Part shown: one piece after another, positions 21,484 through 30,675 of the stretch
Layout: the number at the start of each line of letters is the position of its first letter
Position numbering within the stretch: position 1 is the stretch's first letter
Assembly: GCA_041946735.1 (NCBI GenBank)
Contig: JBHGAY010000001.1
Span: 96,001-160,000, forward strand
Reading direction: 5' to 3'
DNA: 64,000 nt
Origin: Candidatus Eiseniibacteriota bacterium
GTDB taxonomy: Bacteria > Eisenbacteria > RBG-16-71-46 > CAIMUX01 > VGJL01
Position numbers and translations under genes: made by a program
The notes under the pieces: generated by a model
What the model saw: only the letters and a program-made list of their open reading frames with translations
The model's database searches: none
What the model was told of the DNA's origin: nothing

Positions 21484-22464
21484 CTAGCGCTCCGCCGCCG
21501 GCTCCTGGCCCGCCGCCTCGTGGCGGTCGAAGGCGAGGATGATGTCGCGCACGAGCCGGTGCCGCACGACGTCGCGCTCGGTGAAGTACACGAACCGGAC
21601 CCCGCCGAGCCCGTGCAGGATCTCCTGGATCCGAATCAGCCCGGAGAGCTTCGGGTCGGGAAGGTCGATCTGCGTGATGTCCCCGGTGATCGCCGACTTC
21701 GAGTCGGGGCCGAGACGGGTCAGGAACATCTTCATCTGTCCCAGCGTCGTGTTCTGCGCCTCGTCCAGGATCACGAACGAGCGGCCGAGCGTTCGCCCGC
21801 GCATGTAGGCGAGAGGCGCGATCTCGACGACGCCGAGCTGGATCAGCCTCTGGAGCTTCTCGAAGCTGACCATCTCGTTCAGCGCGTCGTAGAGGGGACG
21901 GAGATACGGGTCGACCTTCTCCTGCAGATCGCCGGGGAGGAACCCCAGGCTCTCCCCCGCCTCCACGGCCGGGCGCGCGAGGACGATGCGGTCGACCGCC
22001 TTCTCGCGCAGCATCCGCACCGCCATCGCCACGGCGAGGTAGGTCTTGCCGGTGCCGGCCGGGCCGATGCCGAAGACGATGTCGTTCGACCGCATCGCCT
22101 CGACGTACTGCGCCTGACCGACCGTCCGCGGGCGGATCACCTTCTTGTCGCCGAAGAGGACGACCGATGCCTCGGGCGCGACGGCGAGATCGCCCCCCTC
22201 GCTCTCGTCCAATGCGCTGAAGACGTAAGCGAGATCCTCCTCGCCGATCACGCCTCCGGCGCGCACCCGCTCGCCGAGGAGCTTCAGGATCTCCAGCGCG
22301 CGGTGGACCGCCCCGTTCTCGCCGCGGACGATCAGCGCGGAGTTGCGCAACAGGATCCGGACGCCGAGACGTCTCTCGAGGGCACGCAGATTCGCGTCCG
22401 CCTGCCCGAGAAGGTGCAGCGGCTCCAGCCCTTCGATCGGAAAGCTCTGGGATTCTTCCGTCAT
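21484..22464 (-). CDS. phoH: PhoH-family ATPase
   Basis: GPAGTGKTYLA, RPAVEAGE.LGFLPG, AYMRGRTL, DEAQN, VVRHRLV. Confidence 0.93.
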   Translation of the reverse strand: MTEESQSFPIEGLEPLHLLGQADANLRALERRLGVRILLRNSALIVRGENGAVHRALEILKLLGERVRAGGVIGEEDLAYVFSALDESEGGDLAVAPEASVVLFGDKKVIRPRTVGQAQYVEAMRSNDIVFGIGPAGTGKTYLAVAMAVRMLREKAVDRIVLARPAVEAGESLGFLPGDLQEKVDPYLRPLYDALNEMVSFEKLQRLIQLGVVEIAPLAYMRGRTLGRSFVILDEAQNTTLGQMKMFLTRLGPDSKSAITGDITQIDLPDPKLSGLIRIQEILHGLGGVRFVYFTERDVVRHRLVRDIILAFDRHEAAGQEPAAER

Positions 22465-22540
22465 CTCTTCTCTCGGGGCCCCCCCGCGGCCGTTGCCCCG
22501 TCGATCCTTGTCGTTTCGCGCCGTACCGGCCGCCTCCTTC

Positions 22541-23059
22541 TCACTTCGAGGGGATCGTCAGCTTCGTCCCCGGCTTCAGCGGAGTCCGCTCTCCGCCGAT
22601 CTGGTCCTTGTTGACCGCGTAGATGTCTTGCCAGCGGCCCGGATCCCCATAGACCGCGGAGGCGATCGACTGCAGCGTGTCGCCCGCCTTCACGATGTAG
22701 GTCGAGACCGCGCGCCGCGCGAGGCGCAGCTGCCGCACCTCGGTGTCGAGATCCCGCATCTGGCTCGACAGCGAGGAGTTCACGACGCGCAGCGACTCGG
22801 CGAGCGCGGAGACCGAATCGGCCTGCGCGAGCAGCTTCTGCGTCTCGCCGCGATAGGATTCGATCTGCGCGTTGAGCGACTCGCAATAGCGGTCGCGCTG
22901 CTCCGGCGTCAGGCCGCGGATCTCGTCGTTCGTGTAGAAGTCCCCCTTGGAGACGTCGGCCACGCGGGTCGTCGTCGCGTGCGGCGCGCAGCCGGCCGCG
23001 AGGGCGACGAGGAGGAGGAGGGCGAGGACCGGCGCGAGGCGAATCCGGGGCGCGCTCAC
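22541..23059 (-). CDS. lipoprotein with coiled coil and C-terminal LysM domain
   Basis: Lipobox LAAGC; YIVKAGDTLQSIA..VYGD...W..IY..N...LKPGTKLTIP; GTG start at 23059. Confidence 0.82.
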   Translation of the reverse strand: MSAPRIRLAPVLALLLLVALAAGCAPHATTTRVADVSKGDFYTNDEIRGLTPEQRDRYCESLNAQIESYRGETQKLLAQADSVSALAESLRVVNSSLSSQMRDLDTEVRQLRLARRAVSTYIVKAGDTLQSIASAVYGDPGRWQDIYAVNKDQIGGERTPLKPGTKLTIPSK

Positions 23060-23367
23060 TTCGCACCTCCGCTGCCGGAAGCGCCGGAAGCGCCGGAACC
23101 CGATCCGCCGACCTCTTGCTTCAGCTGGTCCCGCTCCTCGGTCAGGCGGGCGATCCGCGCCCGGCTCTGCTCGATCGTGATCTTCCACCGGTCGGCGTCC
23201 TTCTGCTTCTCGGTGAGCTTCGCCTGCGCGTCGTCGCGCACGTCCCGCGCCAGCTCGATCTGAGCCGGGATGATCATGCAGGGCTTCGGGCCCTGCGAGC
23301 AGCCGGCGAGGGCCAGGACGGCGAGGCCGCCCAAGACTCCTCCCCACCGCGCGTATCGTCGCAGCAT
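23056..23367 (-). CDS. small coiled-coil lipoprotein, unknown function
   Basis: Lipobox LAGC, heptad-like helix, stop overlaps LysM gene start. Confidence 0.7.
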   Translation of the reverse strand: MLRRYARWGGVLGGLAVLALAGCSQGPKPCMIIPAQIELARDVRDDAQAKLTEKQKDADRWKITIEQSRARIARLTEERDQLKQEVGGSGSGASGASGSGGAK

Positions 23368-23413
23368 CCTCTCTCTCCTCCTCGCGGCCCGTGAGCCGGG
23401 CCGCACCGAGATC

Positions 23414-24181
23414 CTAGCTGAACCGAACCTCCGTCACCACGTAGGTGCCTCCCGAACGAGCGTCGCGCGTCAGCTCGATCAAGCCATGACGGGCGGCGTC
23501 CTCGAGCAGCTCGCTGAACGTCCGATACCCGAACGCGCTCTCGCTGAACGTCGGCTTCTTGCGCTTGATGGTGTCCTTGATCATCGAAGACCAGAGGACC
23601 TCCTTGTTCTCGCGCAGGAGAGCCCCGATCGAGTCGAGGAGCAGATGGAACGCCTCCCGCTTCTTCGCGGGGATGTTGTCGTGCGACGCGGGACCGGTGC
23701 GCGGCGTCGCCTGCTGCTGCGTCAGGTCCTCGTAGTAGAGAAACTCGTCGCAGTTCTCGGCGAGAAGGTCGGACGTCGCCTCGCGCAGCCCGAGCCCGAT
23801 CACCTGCTTGTTGTTCTCCTTCAGCTTCGAGACGAGCGGCGAGAAGTCGCTGTCTCCGGAGACCACGACGAACGTGTCGAGATGCTCCTTCGTGTAGCAG
23901 AGGTCGAGCGCGTCGACGACGAGCCGGATGTCGGCCGAGTTCTTGCCGCTCTGCTGCCGGGCCGGCACCTCGATCAGCTCGATCGCCGCCTCGTGCAGAT
24001 CACGGCGGTACTCGGAGTACCGCGTCCAGTCCGCGTACGCCCTCTTGACGATGATCCTTCCCTTCTCGAGCAGGCGCTCGAGAATCATGTTCACATCGAA
24101 GCTCTTCGCCTTCTTTCCCCGAAGGCCGAGAGCGATGTTCTCGAAATCCATGAACAGCGCGATCCGCGCTTCGTCGTTCAT
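23414..24181 (-). CDS. NYN (LabA/DUF88) domain protein with OST-HTH/LOTUS
   Basis: FMDFEN, GKNSADIRLVVDA, SGDSDF, FSESAFGYRTFSELLE. Confidence 0.88.
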   Translation of the reverse strand: MNDEARIALFMDFENIALGLRGKKAKSFDVNMILERLLEKGRIIVKRAYADWTRYSEYRRDLHEAAIELIEVPARQQSGKNSADIRLVVDALDLCYTKEHLDTFVVVSGDSDFSPLVSKLKENNKQVIGLGLREATSDLLAENCDEFLYYEDLTQQQATPRTGPASHDNIPAKKREAFHLLLDSIGALLRENKEVLWSSMIKDTIKRKKPTFSESAFGYRTFSELLEDAARHGLIELTRDARSGGTYVVTEVRFS

Positions 24182-24212
24182 TCGATTCGCCTCGTGTCCG
24201 GACCCCTGTCGC

Positions 24213-26036
24213 TCAGGCGGACGCATGGCCGCCGTCTTCGATCCGGATGTGCAATTCCCGGAGGTCTCCCGGATCCACGGGAGCAGGCGCCCCGTCCATC
24301 AGGCTCGCGGCGCTGGTCGTCTTCGGAAACGCGATCGTGTCGCGGATCGAGCTGCGGCCGGCCATGAGCATCACCGTCCGGTCGAGGCCGATCGCGATCC
24401 CCCCGTGAGGGGGAGCGCCATACTGGAAGGCGCGGAGCAGGAAGCCGAAGCGCCTCTCCGCATCCTCCCGGTCGATTCCCGCCACCTCCATCACCGCCTC
24501 CTGAACGTCCCTGCGGTGGATCCGGATGCTGCCGCTGGCCAACTCGGTCCCGTTGAGCACCAGGTCGTAGAGCCGGGCGTGGACCGACATCGGGTCGGTC
24601 GCCAGGCGCGCAATGTCCTGCTCCAGCGGCATCGTGAACATGTGGTGAGCCGGGGCGATCCGGCCGGTCGCCTCGTCCCGTTCGAAGAGCGGGAAGCGGT
24701 CGACCCAGAGGAAGCGCCACTGCGTCTTCTCCTCCTCGGTCAGCCGGGCCGTCCCGACCTTCGATCGGAGAGCCCCCAGAGAGCGGTTCGCCGTCGCCCG
24801 GCTGTCCGCCACCACGGCCAGGAGGTCTCCTTCCCGGGCGCCGCTCGCCGCGACGACCGCATGGGCCGTCGCCGCGTCGACGAACTTCGCGAAGCCCCCG
24901 TCCAGTCCACCGTCCGCGGTGACGCGGGCGCGGGCCAGACCCCGGGCGCCGTAGAGCTTCACGTGCGCCTCCAGCTCGTCCTGCTCCCTGCGGGAGAGGC
25001 TGCCCCCCTGCGGGACGACGATCGCTTTCACCGTCCCTCCCGCTTCGAGGGCGTCGCGGAAGACGCGGAAGTCGCTCCCGCGCACCGCCTCGGAGAGGTC
25101 GGCGATCGGCATCGCGAACCGGAGATCCGGCTTGTCGCTGCCGTAGAGATCCATCGCCTCCTCGTAGGAGATCCGCGGGAACGGCGCCTCCAGGCGCTGC
25201 CCGAGGCAGCGCTCGAAGAGACGCAGCATGAGCCCCTCGACGAGGGCGAACACCTGCTCCTCGCCGGCGAAGCTCATCTCGATGTCGATCTGCGTGTGCT
25301 CCGGCTGGCGGTCGGCGCGCAGGTCCTCGTCGCGCAGGCAGCGCGCGATCTGGAAGTAGCGGTCCATGCCGGAGACCATGAGGATCTGCTTGTAGAGCTG
25401 CGGCGACTGCGGCAACGCGTAGAACGTCCCCGGATGGATGCGGCTGGGCACCAGGTAGTCCCGCGCCCCCTCGGGGGTCGGCCGGACGAGCAGCGGCGTC
25501 TCGATCTCCCAGAAGCCCTGCTCGTCGAGATAGCGGCGCGTCTCGAGCGCGACGCGATGGCGCAGGCCGAGGATCGCCTGGAGCGACGGGGCGCGCAGGT
25601 CGAGATAGCGGTACTCGAGACGGAGATCCTCGCTAGCGTTCGTCAGGTCCCCGATCACGAAGGGCGGGACGTCGGAGGTGTTCAGCACGCGGATCTCCTC
25701 CGCCTCGATCTCGACCTCGCCGGTCGGCATCTGGGGGTTGCGCATCTCCTCCGGACGGGGCGACACCTTGCCGCGGACGGCGATCACGTACTCCGGGCGG
25801 AGCTCGCGCGCCTTCTCGACGACGGCGCCGCCGGCCGCCGAGGGACGGCAGACGGTCTGCGTCATGCCGGAACGGTCACGCACGTCGAGGAAGAAAACGC
25901 CGCCGTGGTCGCGCACGCGGTTGACCCATCCCATCAGGATCGCCTCGCGCCCGGCGTCGGCCAGGCGAAGCTCTCCGCAGGTCGCCGTCCTCCTCCAGTC
26001 CCCCAGATGCTCCATCCGTTCCGCTCCTTCCGGCAT
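24213..26036 (-). CDS. aspS: aspartate--tRNA ligase
   Basis: RDHGG, RYRYLDLR, TPEGARDY, PQSPQLYKQ, RDEDLRADRQPE, YGAPPHGG; start may be 26015. Confidence 0.96.
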   Translation of the reverse strand: MPEGAERMEHLGDWRRTATCGELRLADAGREAILMGWVNRVRDHGGVFFLDVRDRSGMTQTVCRPSAAGGAVVEKARELRPEYVIAVRGKVSPRPEEMRNPQMPTGEVEIEAEEIRVLNTSDVPPFVIGDLTNASEDLRLEYRYLDLRAPSLQAILGLRHRVALETRRYLDEQGFWEIETPLLVRPTPEGARDYLVPSRIHPGTFYALPQSPQLYKQILMVSGMDRYFQIARCLRDEDLRADRQPEHTQIDIEMSFAGEEQVFALVEGLMLRLFERCLGQRLEAPFPRISYEEAMDLYGSDKPDLRFAMPIADLSEAVRGSDFRVFRDALEAGGTVKAIVVPQGGSLSRREQDELEAHVKLYGARGLARARVTADGGLDGGFAKFVDAATAHAVVAASGAREGDLLAVVADSRATANRSLGALRSKVGTARLTEEEKTQWRFLWVDRFPLFERDEATGRIAPAHHMFTMPLEQDIARLATDPMSVHARLYDLVLNGTELASGSIRIHRRDVQEAVMEVAGIDREDAERRFGFLLRAFQYGAPPHGGIAIGLDRTVMLMAGRSSIRDTIAFPKTTSAASLMDGAPAPVDPGDLRELHIRIEDGGHASA

Positions 26037-26042
26037 CGCCTG

Positions 26043-26447
26043 CTAACGCCGCTCCGTGGAGGCCTTCGCGTCCGCGCGCTCCCGCCTGCGGGAGGACCAC
26101 CATCCCTGGATCCCGCCGCCCGCGAGCCCGCCGCACAGGTCGGCGAGGCCGTCGAGCGCGCTCGGAAAGCGCCCCGGCACCGTCGACTGATAGAACTCGT
26201 CCGCCGTTCCGATCGCGACCGCGATCCCGCCCGCCAGCAGCCAGGAGCCGAACGTGCGGCGCCCGAGAGCGCGGCGAAGCAGGAACCCGAGCACTCCGTA
26301 TTCGGCCAGGTGCGCCGCCTTGTCCGAGGGACCCCAAGTCGCTGGCGGAGTGAGATGGGGCACCGAAGAGAGCCCGAGGATCACGAGCACGTAGAGCGCG
26401 ACCGGTCCCCAGCGAGAGACCCACCCCTGGCTCCGCGCGCCGGTCAG
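26043..26447 (-). CDS. VanZ-family membrane protein (start uncertain)
   Basis: DKAAHLAEYGVLG, DEFYQSTVPGR...D.LAD..G. Confidence 0.75.
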   Translation of the reverse strand: MTGARSQGWVSRWGPVALYVLVILGLSSVPHLTPPATWGPSDKAAHLAEYGVLGFLLRRALGRRTFGSWLLAGGIAVAIGTADEFYQSTVPGRFPSALDGLADLCGGLAGGGIQGWWSSRRRERADAKASTERR

Positions 26448-26908
26448 ATCCGTAGCTTCTCCTCTTCCTGCCGGATCACCTCGACGACGTCCTCGGGACT
26501 CTTCGCCGTGAGCAAGAACTGCTGCAGGTCGCCCGTGTAGAGCAGCCGCGAGATCCGCGCCAGGATCCGGATGAACCCGCCGCGCTCCTCGGGACCGACG
26601 ATCATGAAGACCAGGCGGACCGGCTTGCCGTCGAGCGCGTCGAACGGCAGATCCTTGTCGACCCGCACGAAGCTGACGGAAAGCTCCTTCACGCCGGGGC
26701 TCTGCGCATGGGGAATCGCCACGCCGCCGCCGATCCCCGTCGACATGACCCGCTCCCGCTCCAACAGCGCGTGCAGGACCGCGGGAGGATCGGTGAGGAG
26801 ATCCGCCTTCTGCAGGATCCCCACCATCTTCCGGATCAGGTCCTCCTTGGAGGAGACAGGGAGGTCGAGCGCGATGGAAGTGGGTCGTAGCAACTCGTAG
26901 AGACTCAT
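26444..26908 (-). CDS. PTS IIA component (Fru/Ntr type)
   Basis: ERERVMSTGIGGGVAIPHA, FDALDGKPV, LARISRLL. Confidence 0.9.
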   Translation of the reverse strand: MSLYELLRPTSIALDLPVSSKEDLIRKMVGILQKADLLTDPPAVLHALLERERVMSTGIGGGVAIPHAQSPGVKELSVSFVRVDKDLPFDALDGKPVRLVFMIVGPEERGGFIRILARISRLLYTGDLQQFLLTAKSPEDVVEVIRQEEEKLRI

Positions 26909-27032
26909 TTCGTCGTGCGCCGGGGCCGCGGCGATACGCGAGAAGGCCGGAGGAATCCTCCCGCCCGTGCCGGAGCGCAAATCGCAATCAGACCTGGCAG
27001 CGGAGAATCGGTTGTCAAGGTGCTGCGGCCGC

Positions 27033-30000
27033 TCACCCGCCCTGCGGGAAACGACGTCCGATCCGGTACCGGGCGATCTTCCCCTTGAGGCCCTTGCGGG
27101 AGAGCCCGAGCATCGCGGCCGCCCGGCTCTTGTTTCCGTCACACGATTCGAGCGCGCGCTCGATCTCGCGCCGCTCGTACATCTCGACGCGCGACTTCAG
27201 ATCCTCGGTCGCCGCCTCCGGCAGCTCGACGGCCGTATCGAGGACCTCCTTGGGGAGCAGGTCGTGGGTGAGGAGCGCTCCTTCGTCGGCCAGTGTCACG
27301 GCGCGCCGGATCGCCTTCTCCAGCTCCCGCACGTTGCCCGGCCAGTCGTGCGCGATCAGCGCCCTGCGGAAGCCGCTCGTCATCCCCGCGATCTTCCGTC
27401 CGGTCTGCGCGGCGAACGTCTCGACGAAGCAGCCGGCGAGCAGCAGGATGTCGGCCCTCCGCTCGCGCAGCGGCGGCACCTGGATCGAGATGTCGTTCAG
27501 GCGGTAGTAGAGGTCTTTCAGGAACCGGCCTTCGGCGACCTCGACCCGAAGGTCCGGGCAGCTCGTCGCGCAGACGATCCGAACGTCGAGCCGCAGGTAG
27601 GTGGTCGATCCGACCGGGCGGACCTCGCCGGAATCGAGCAGGTGGAGGAAGCGCCGCTGCACGGTCAGGCCCGACTTGTCGATCTCGTCGAGGAACACGG
27701 TCCCGCCGGCCGCCTCGGCGAGCAGGCCCGTGCGGTCCTGCGTCGCTCCCGTGAAGGCCCCCTTGCGGTAGCCGAACAGCTCCGCCTCGAGCAGCGTCTC
27801 CGGCAGCGCTGCGCAGTCGACCGTCACGAACGGGCGGTTGCGCCTTCCGCTCGCCCGGTGGATCGCGTGGGCGAGCAGCTTCTTGCCGGTCCCCGTCTCC
27901 CCCTGGAGCAGGACGTTCAGGCCCGTATCCCCGATCCGGCGAATCAGCTCGAGAATCCGCAGCATCCCGGGATCCTGCGTAATCACGTCGGCGAGGGCGA
28001 CGCCGCTCGAGAGCTGCGCCACCTCCTGGTCGGGACTTCCCAGCTCCAGCGCCCGCGCGATCTCTCCCGCAAGGGTGATCGCGTAGTTGCGCTCCGCCCG
28101 GCTCATCGGGCCGCGCCCGGCCGCCGGAGTCCTGCGGATGCAGAGAACGTGCTTCTTGCCGTGCAGCGGCATCGGAATCCAGAAGCGGCTGCCGATCTGC
28201 CCGGCCGCCCCGCCCTCGAGATCGATCCGCGCCCCGGCCCCCTCGAACGATCCGCCGTCGAGTCCGAGGCGGGCGGCGGCCACGACGCGCCGGCCCTGGC
28301 CGGGGTCCTGGCCGGCGAAGGCGAGGATCTCGAACGATGCCTTTGCCGCCTCGCGCGCGAGGAAGATCGTGTCGACGTCGAGCGCCGTGCGGGCGAGAGC
28401 GAGGATCTCCGCGAGCTTCTCCCAAGGAGCGCCCAGCCCGAGCAGGTGCTCGATCCGCTGGTGCGCCTTCAGCCCCTCGGCCGTCTCGCCCCCCTCGCTC
28501 GCGCGCGAACGCAGGAGCGCGTCGGAGAGGCGGGTCAGCTCGGCGCTCAAGAGGGGGAACGGCTCTTCCCCCTCGTCGAAGCTATGGAGGGACTGGATCA
28601 GGTGGAGCGCGTCGACGCCGCGCCCGAGATGGATCAGGCAAGCCGCCCGGCCCGCCTCGTCGAGGGCCGCGCCCCGCGCAAGGCCCATGCGCCGGTGGAG
28701 ATCGGCCGCCTGCTGCAGCAAGGCCAGCGCCGCCTCGTGGTCGCCCCGCACCTCGCAGGCGATCCGCGCCTGATCGCCGAGGATCCGCGCGTAGGCGGGC
28801 CACTCGCCCCGCATCCGGTGCCGTTCGGACAGCGAGCGCAGGCTCTCTTCCGCCTCGGCGAGGCGGCCGCGGCGCGCCCGCGCGATCGCCAGCGACTTCT
28901 GCGCCTCTTCCTCCTGGCCGCGCGCGCGGTCCTCGCGTGCCAGCTCGACCGCCTCGGCTGCACACGCCTCGGCCTGGTCCCAGGCTCCCGAACGGGCGGC
29001 GATCGCGAACTCCAGCAGGAGCGTCTCGATCATGATGTCGCCGCGCGGCGCCATCGCCTCCGCACGCAACCGCAGCTCGCGCGTCACGGCGGCCGCCTTC
29101 TCGGGCTCCGCCTCGCAGAGATGGAGCCACGCGTTCTCGATCTGGAGCAGGCAGCTCTCGCGCTCCGGCAGCTTCTGCTCAGGCACGAGGCAGGATTCGA
29201 GCGTCGCGAACGCGCGCCGCGTGTGGTACTCGAAGCGGTGGAGTTGCACGCGGGCGATCTGCGCGCGGAGGACGCGTGTCGCATCCCCCATCTCCGCCGC
29301 CAGCTTGTGGGCGCGATCGATGTACCCTCGCGCCTCGCCGTATCGGCCGGTGCACGTGAGCAGAATGCCGAGGTTCTGCGCGGCGGCCGCGACGGAGCGC
29401 GAATCGCCCTGCGTGGTCCCCAGGTAGTAGGCGATCTGGTAGTGCTCGGTCGCCCGCTCCCAGTCGCAGCGCAGCTTGTGAAGGTTGCCGAGGTTGCCGT
29501 ACGCGCGGGAGAGGGCCTGCAGGTCGCCCCGCTTGCGCGCCATCTCGAGCGCGGACTCGAACTGCTCGCGCGCCATCTCGGGATTGCCCGAGCGGAAGGC
29601 GACCGTTCCGAGAAGATTGCGCGCGACGATCGCTTCCTCGCACGATTCGTCGTCACCGAGAGCGGCGAGAGCGGCGACCGCTTCGGCTCGGGCGTCGGTC
29701 AGCTGTCCCAGCTCGAAGGCGGCCTTGCCGGCCACGAGCAGGCAGCGCGCCCGCTCGATCGTCGGGACGTCCGGCGACGCTTGCTCGAGGGCGTGACGCG
29801 CGGCCGCCCGCGCCTCCTCGGCTTGGCCGAGGCGTTCCAGGCAAAGCGCCACGCGCCGTTCGATCAGGAAGCTCTCGACCCCTTGCGGGTCGAGCACCTC
29901 TTGGCGGGCAAGCAACAAGCGGTCGAGAGCGCTCGCGTGCGCCTCGACCTCGATGTCGACGTCGGCGAGTTCGAGGATCTGCACAATCGTGCGATCCACG

Positions 30001-30059
30001 GGCTCGAACGCCTCACGCGCTGCGCGAGGAGCGGGCCCCCCCGCCTCTCTCCGTTCCAT
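27033..30059 (-). CDS. sigma54-dependent enhancer-binding protein with long N-terminal TPR region and Fis HTH
   Basis: GETGTGK, ELFGYRKGAFTGA, FLDEID, DLYYRLN, WPGNVREL, NKSRAAAMLGLSR; TPRs such as AYGNLGNLH; no REC domain. Confidence 0.9.
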   Translation of the reverse strand: MERREAGGPAPRAAREAFEPVDRTIVQILELADVDIEVEAHASALDRLLLARQEVLDPQGVESFLIERRVALCLERLGQAEEARAAARHALEQASPDVPTIERARCLLVAGKAAFELGQLTDARAEAVAALAALGDDESCEEAIVARNLLGTVAFRSGNPEMAREQFESALEMARKRGDLQALSRAYGNLGNLHKLRCDWERATEHYQIAYYLGTTQGDSRSVAAAAQNLGILLTCTGRYGEARGYIDRAHKLAAEMGDATRVLRAQIARVQLHRFEYHTRRAFATLESCLVPEQKLPERESCLLQIENAWLHLCEAEPEKAAAVTRELRLRAEAMAPRGDIMIETLLLEFAIAARSGAWDQAEACAAEAVELAREDRARGQEEEAQKSLAIARARRGRLAEAEESLRSLSERHRMRGEWPAYARILGDQARIACEVRGDHEAALALLQQAADLHRRMGLARGAALDEAGRAACLIHLGRGVDALHLIQSLHSFDEGEEPFPLLSAELTRLSDALLRSRASEGGETAEGLKAHQRIEHLLGLGAPWEKLAEILALARTALDVDTIFLAREAAKASFEILAFAGQDPGQGRRVVAAARLGLDGGSFEGAGARIDLEGGAAGQIGSRFWIPMPLHGKKHVLCIRRTPAAGRGPMSRAERNYAITLAGEIARALELGSPDQEVAQLSSGVALADVITQDPGMLRILELIRRIGDTGLNVLLQGETGTGKKLLAHAIHRASGRRNRPFVTVDCAALPETLLEAELFGYRKGAFTGATQDRTGLLAEAAGGTVFLDEIDKSGLTVQRRFLHLLDSGEVRPVGSTTYLRLDVRIVCATSCPDLRVEVAEGRFLKDLYYRLNDISIQVPPLRERRADILLLAGCFVETFAAQTGRKIAGMTSGFRRALIAHDWPGNVRELEKAIRRAVTLADEGALLTHDLLPKEVLDTAVELPEAATEDLKSRVEMYERREIERALESCDGNKSRAAAMLGLSRKGLKGKIARYRIGRRFPQGG

Positions 30060-30096
30060 CAAAACCGCCTTCCGATTCCTGGTCTCGATCGGCCTT

Positions 30097-30435
30097 TTAG
30101 CCCACCAACCTCAAGTACTGAAGCAGCCAGAACCAGGAGGGAAGCAGGTCACGGATCGGGTTCGTGGAGGGCGGAGGAGTCTCCGGCGCCGTCGTGATCT
30201 CTACGCCGTCGGGCGTCTCCATATAGATCACGAAGTCGTCCGGGTCGGTCTGGTCACCACCACCGCCACCCGTAGGCCCGTCCAGCTTGCCCCAGTCTCC
30301 TCCCCCCGGTGTGCCAGGCGCCGGAACCACGCCCATGGCGGGCAGTTGGGCGGCGTGCAGGGGGAGAGATGCGAAAGCGAGCATCAGAACGAGCCCGACG
30401 AGCCGCAGTACCCACGTCATGTTTCGAGGAGCCAT
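30097..30435 (-). CDS. small secreted hypothetical protein / peptide precursor
   Basis: Signal peptide (VLRLVGLVLMLAFASLPLHA), Gly/Pro/Asp-rich core, hydrophobic C-terminal helix; own promoter upstream. Confidence 0.6.
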   Translation of the reverse strand: MAPRNMTWVLRLVGLVLMLAFASLPLHAAQLPAMGVVPAPGTPGGGDWGKLDGPTGGGGGDQTDPDDFVIYMETPDGVEITTAPETPPPSTNPIRDLLPSWFWLLQYLRLVG

Positions 30436-30465
30436 GGTTCGAACCTCGGATGGAACAACCCCGGC

Positions 30466-30524
30466 GGGTTGCAGGGTGCAACCCTTCACGCGATAAGGCT
30501 AGTCCGGCCGGAAGACGGTGTCAA
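30466..30524 (-). promoter_or_regulatory. sigma70-like promoter followed by an 8-bp inverted repeat
   Basis: Minus strand TTGACA (30524-30519), 17 nt, TAGCCT (30501-30496); GGGTTGCA-N3-TGCAACCC at 30466-30484. Confidence 0.65.
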
Positions 30525-30675
30525 TCCGGCAACTTCCCACGCCTGCCGCGACGAAATCGTGCTAGAATTGACCGGAGCGATCCACGCGCGAGGATCACCG
30601 ACCGGGACAGTTCAGGTTGTGACGGGGGCCAGCCGGTTCTGGCGGCGGTTTCCGCGCGCACCTCGGGGCAACACC

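Noticed and set aside
30525..30570. sigma54 (-24/-12) promoter near the activator locus
   Set aside because: Best candidate (minus strand GGCGTGGGAAGTTGC) has 11 rather than 10 nt between GG and GC; TAGCACGATTTCGTC lacks both conserved dinucleotides.
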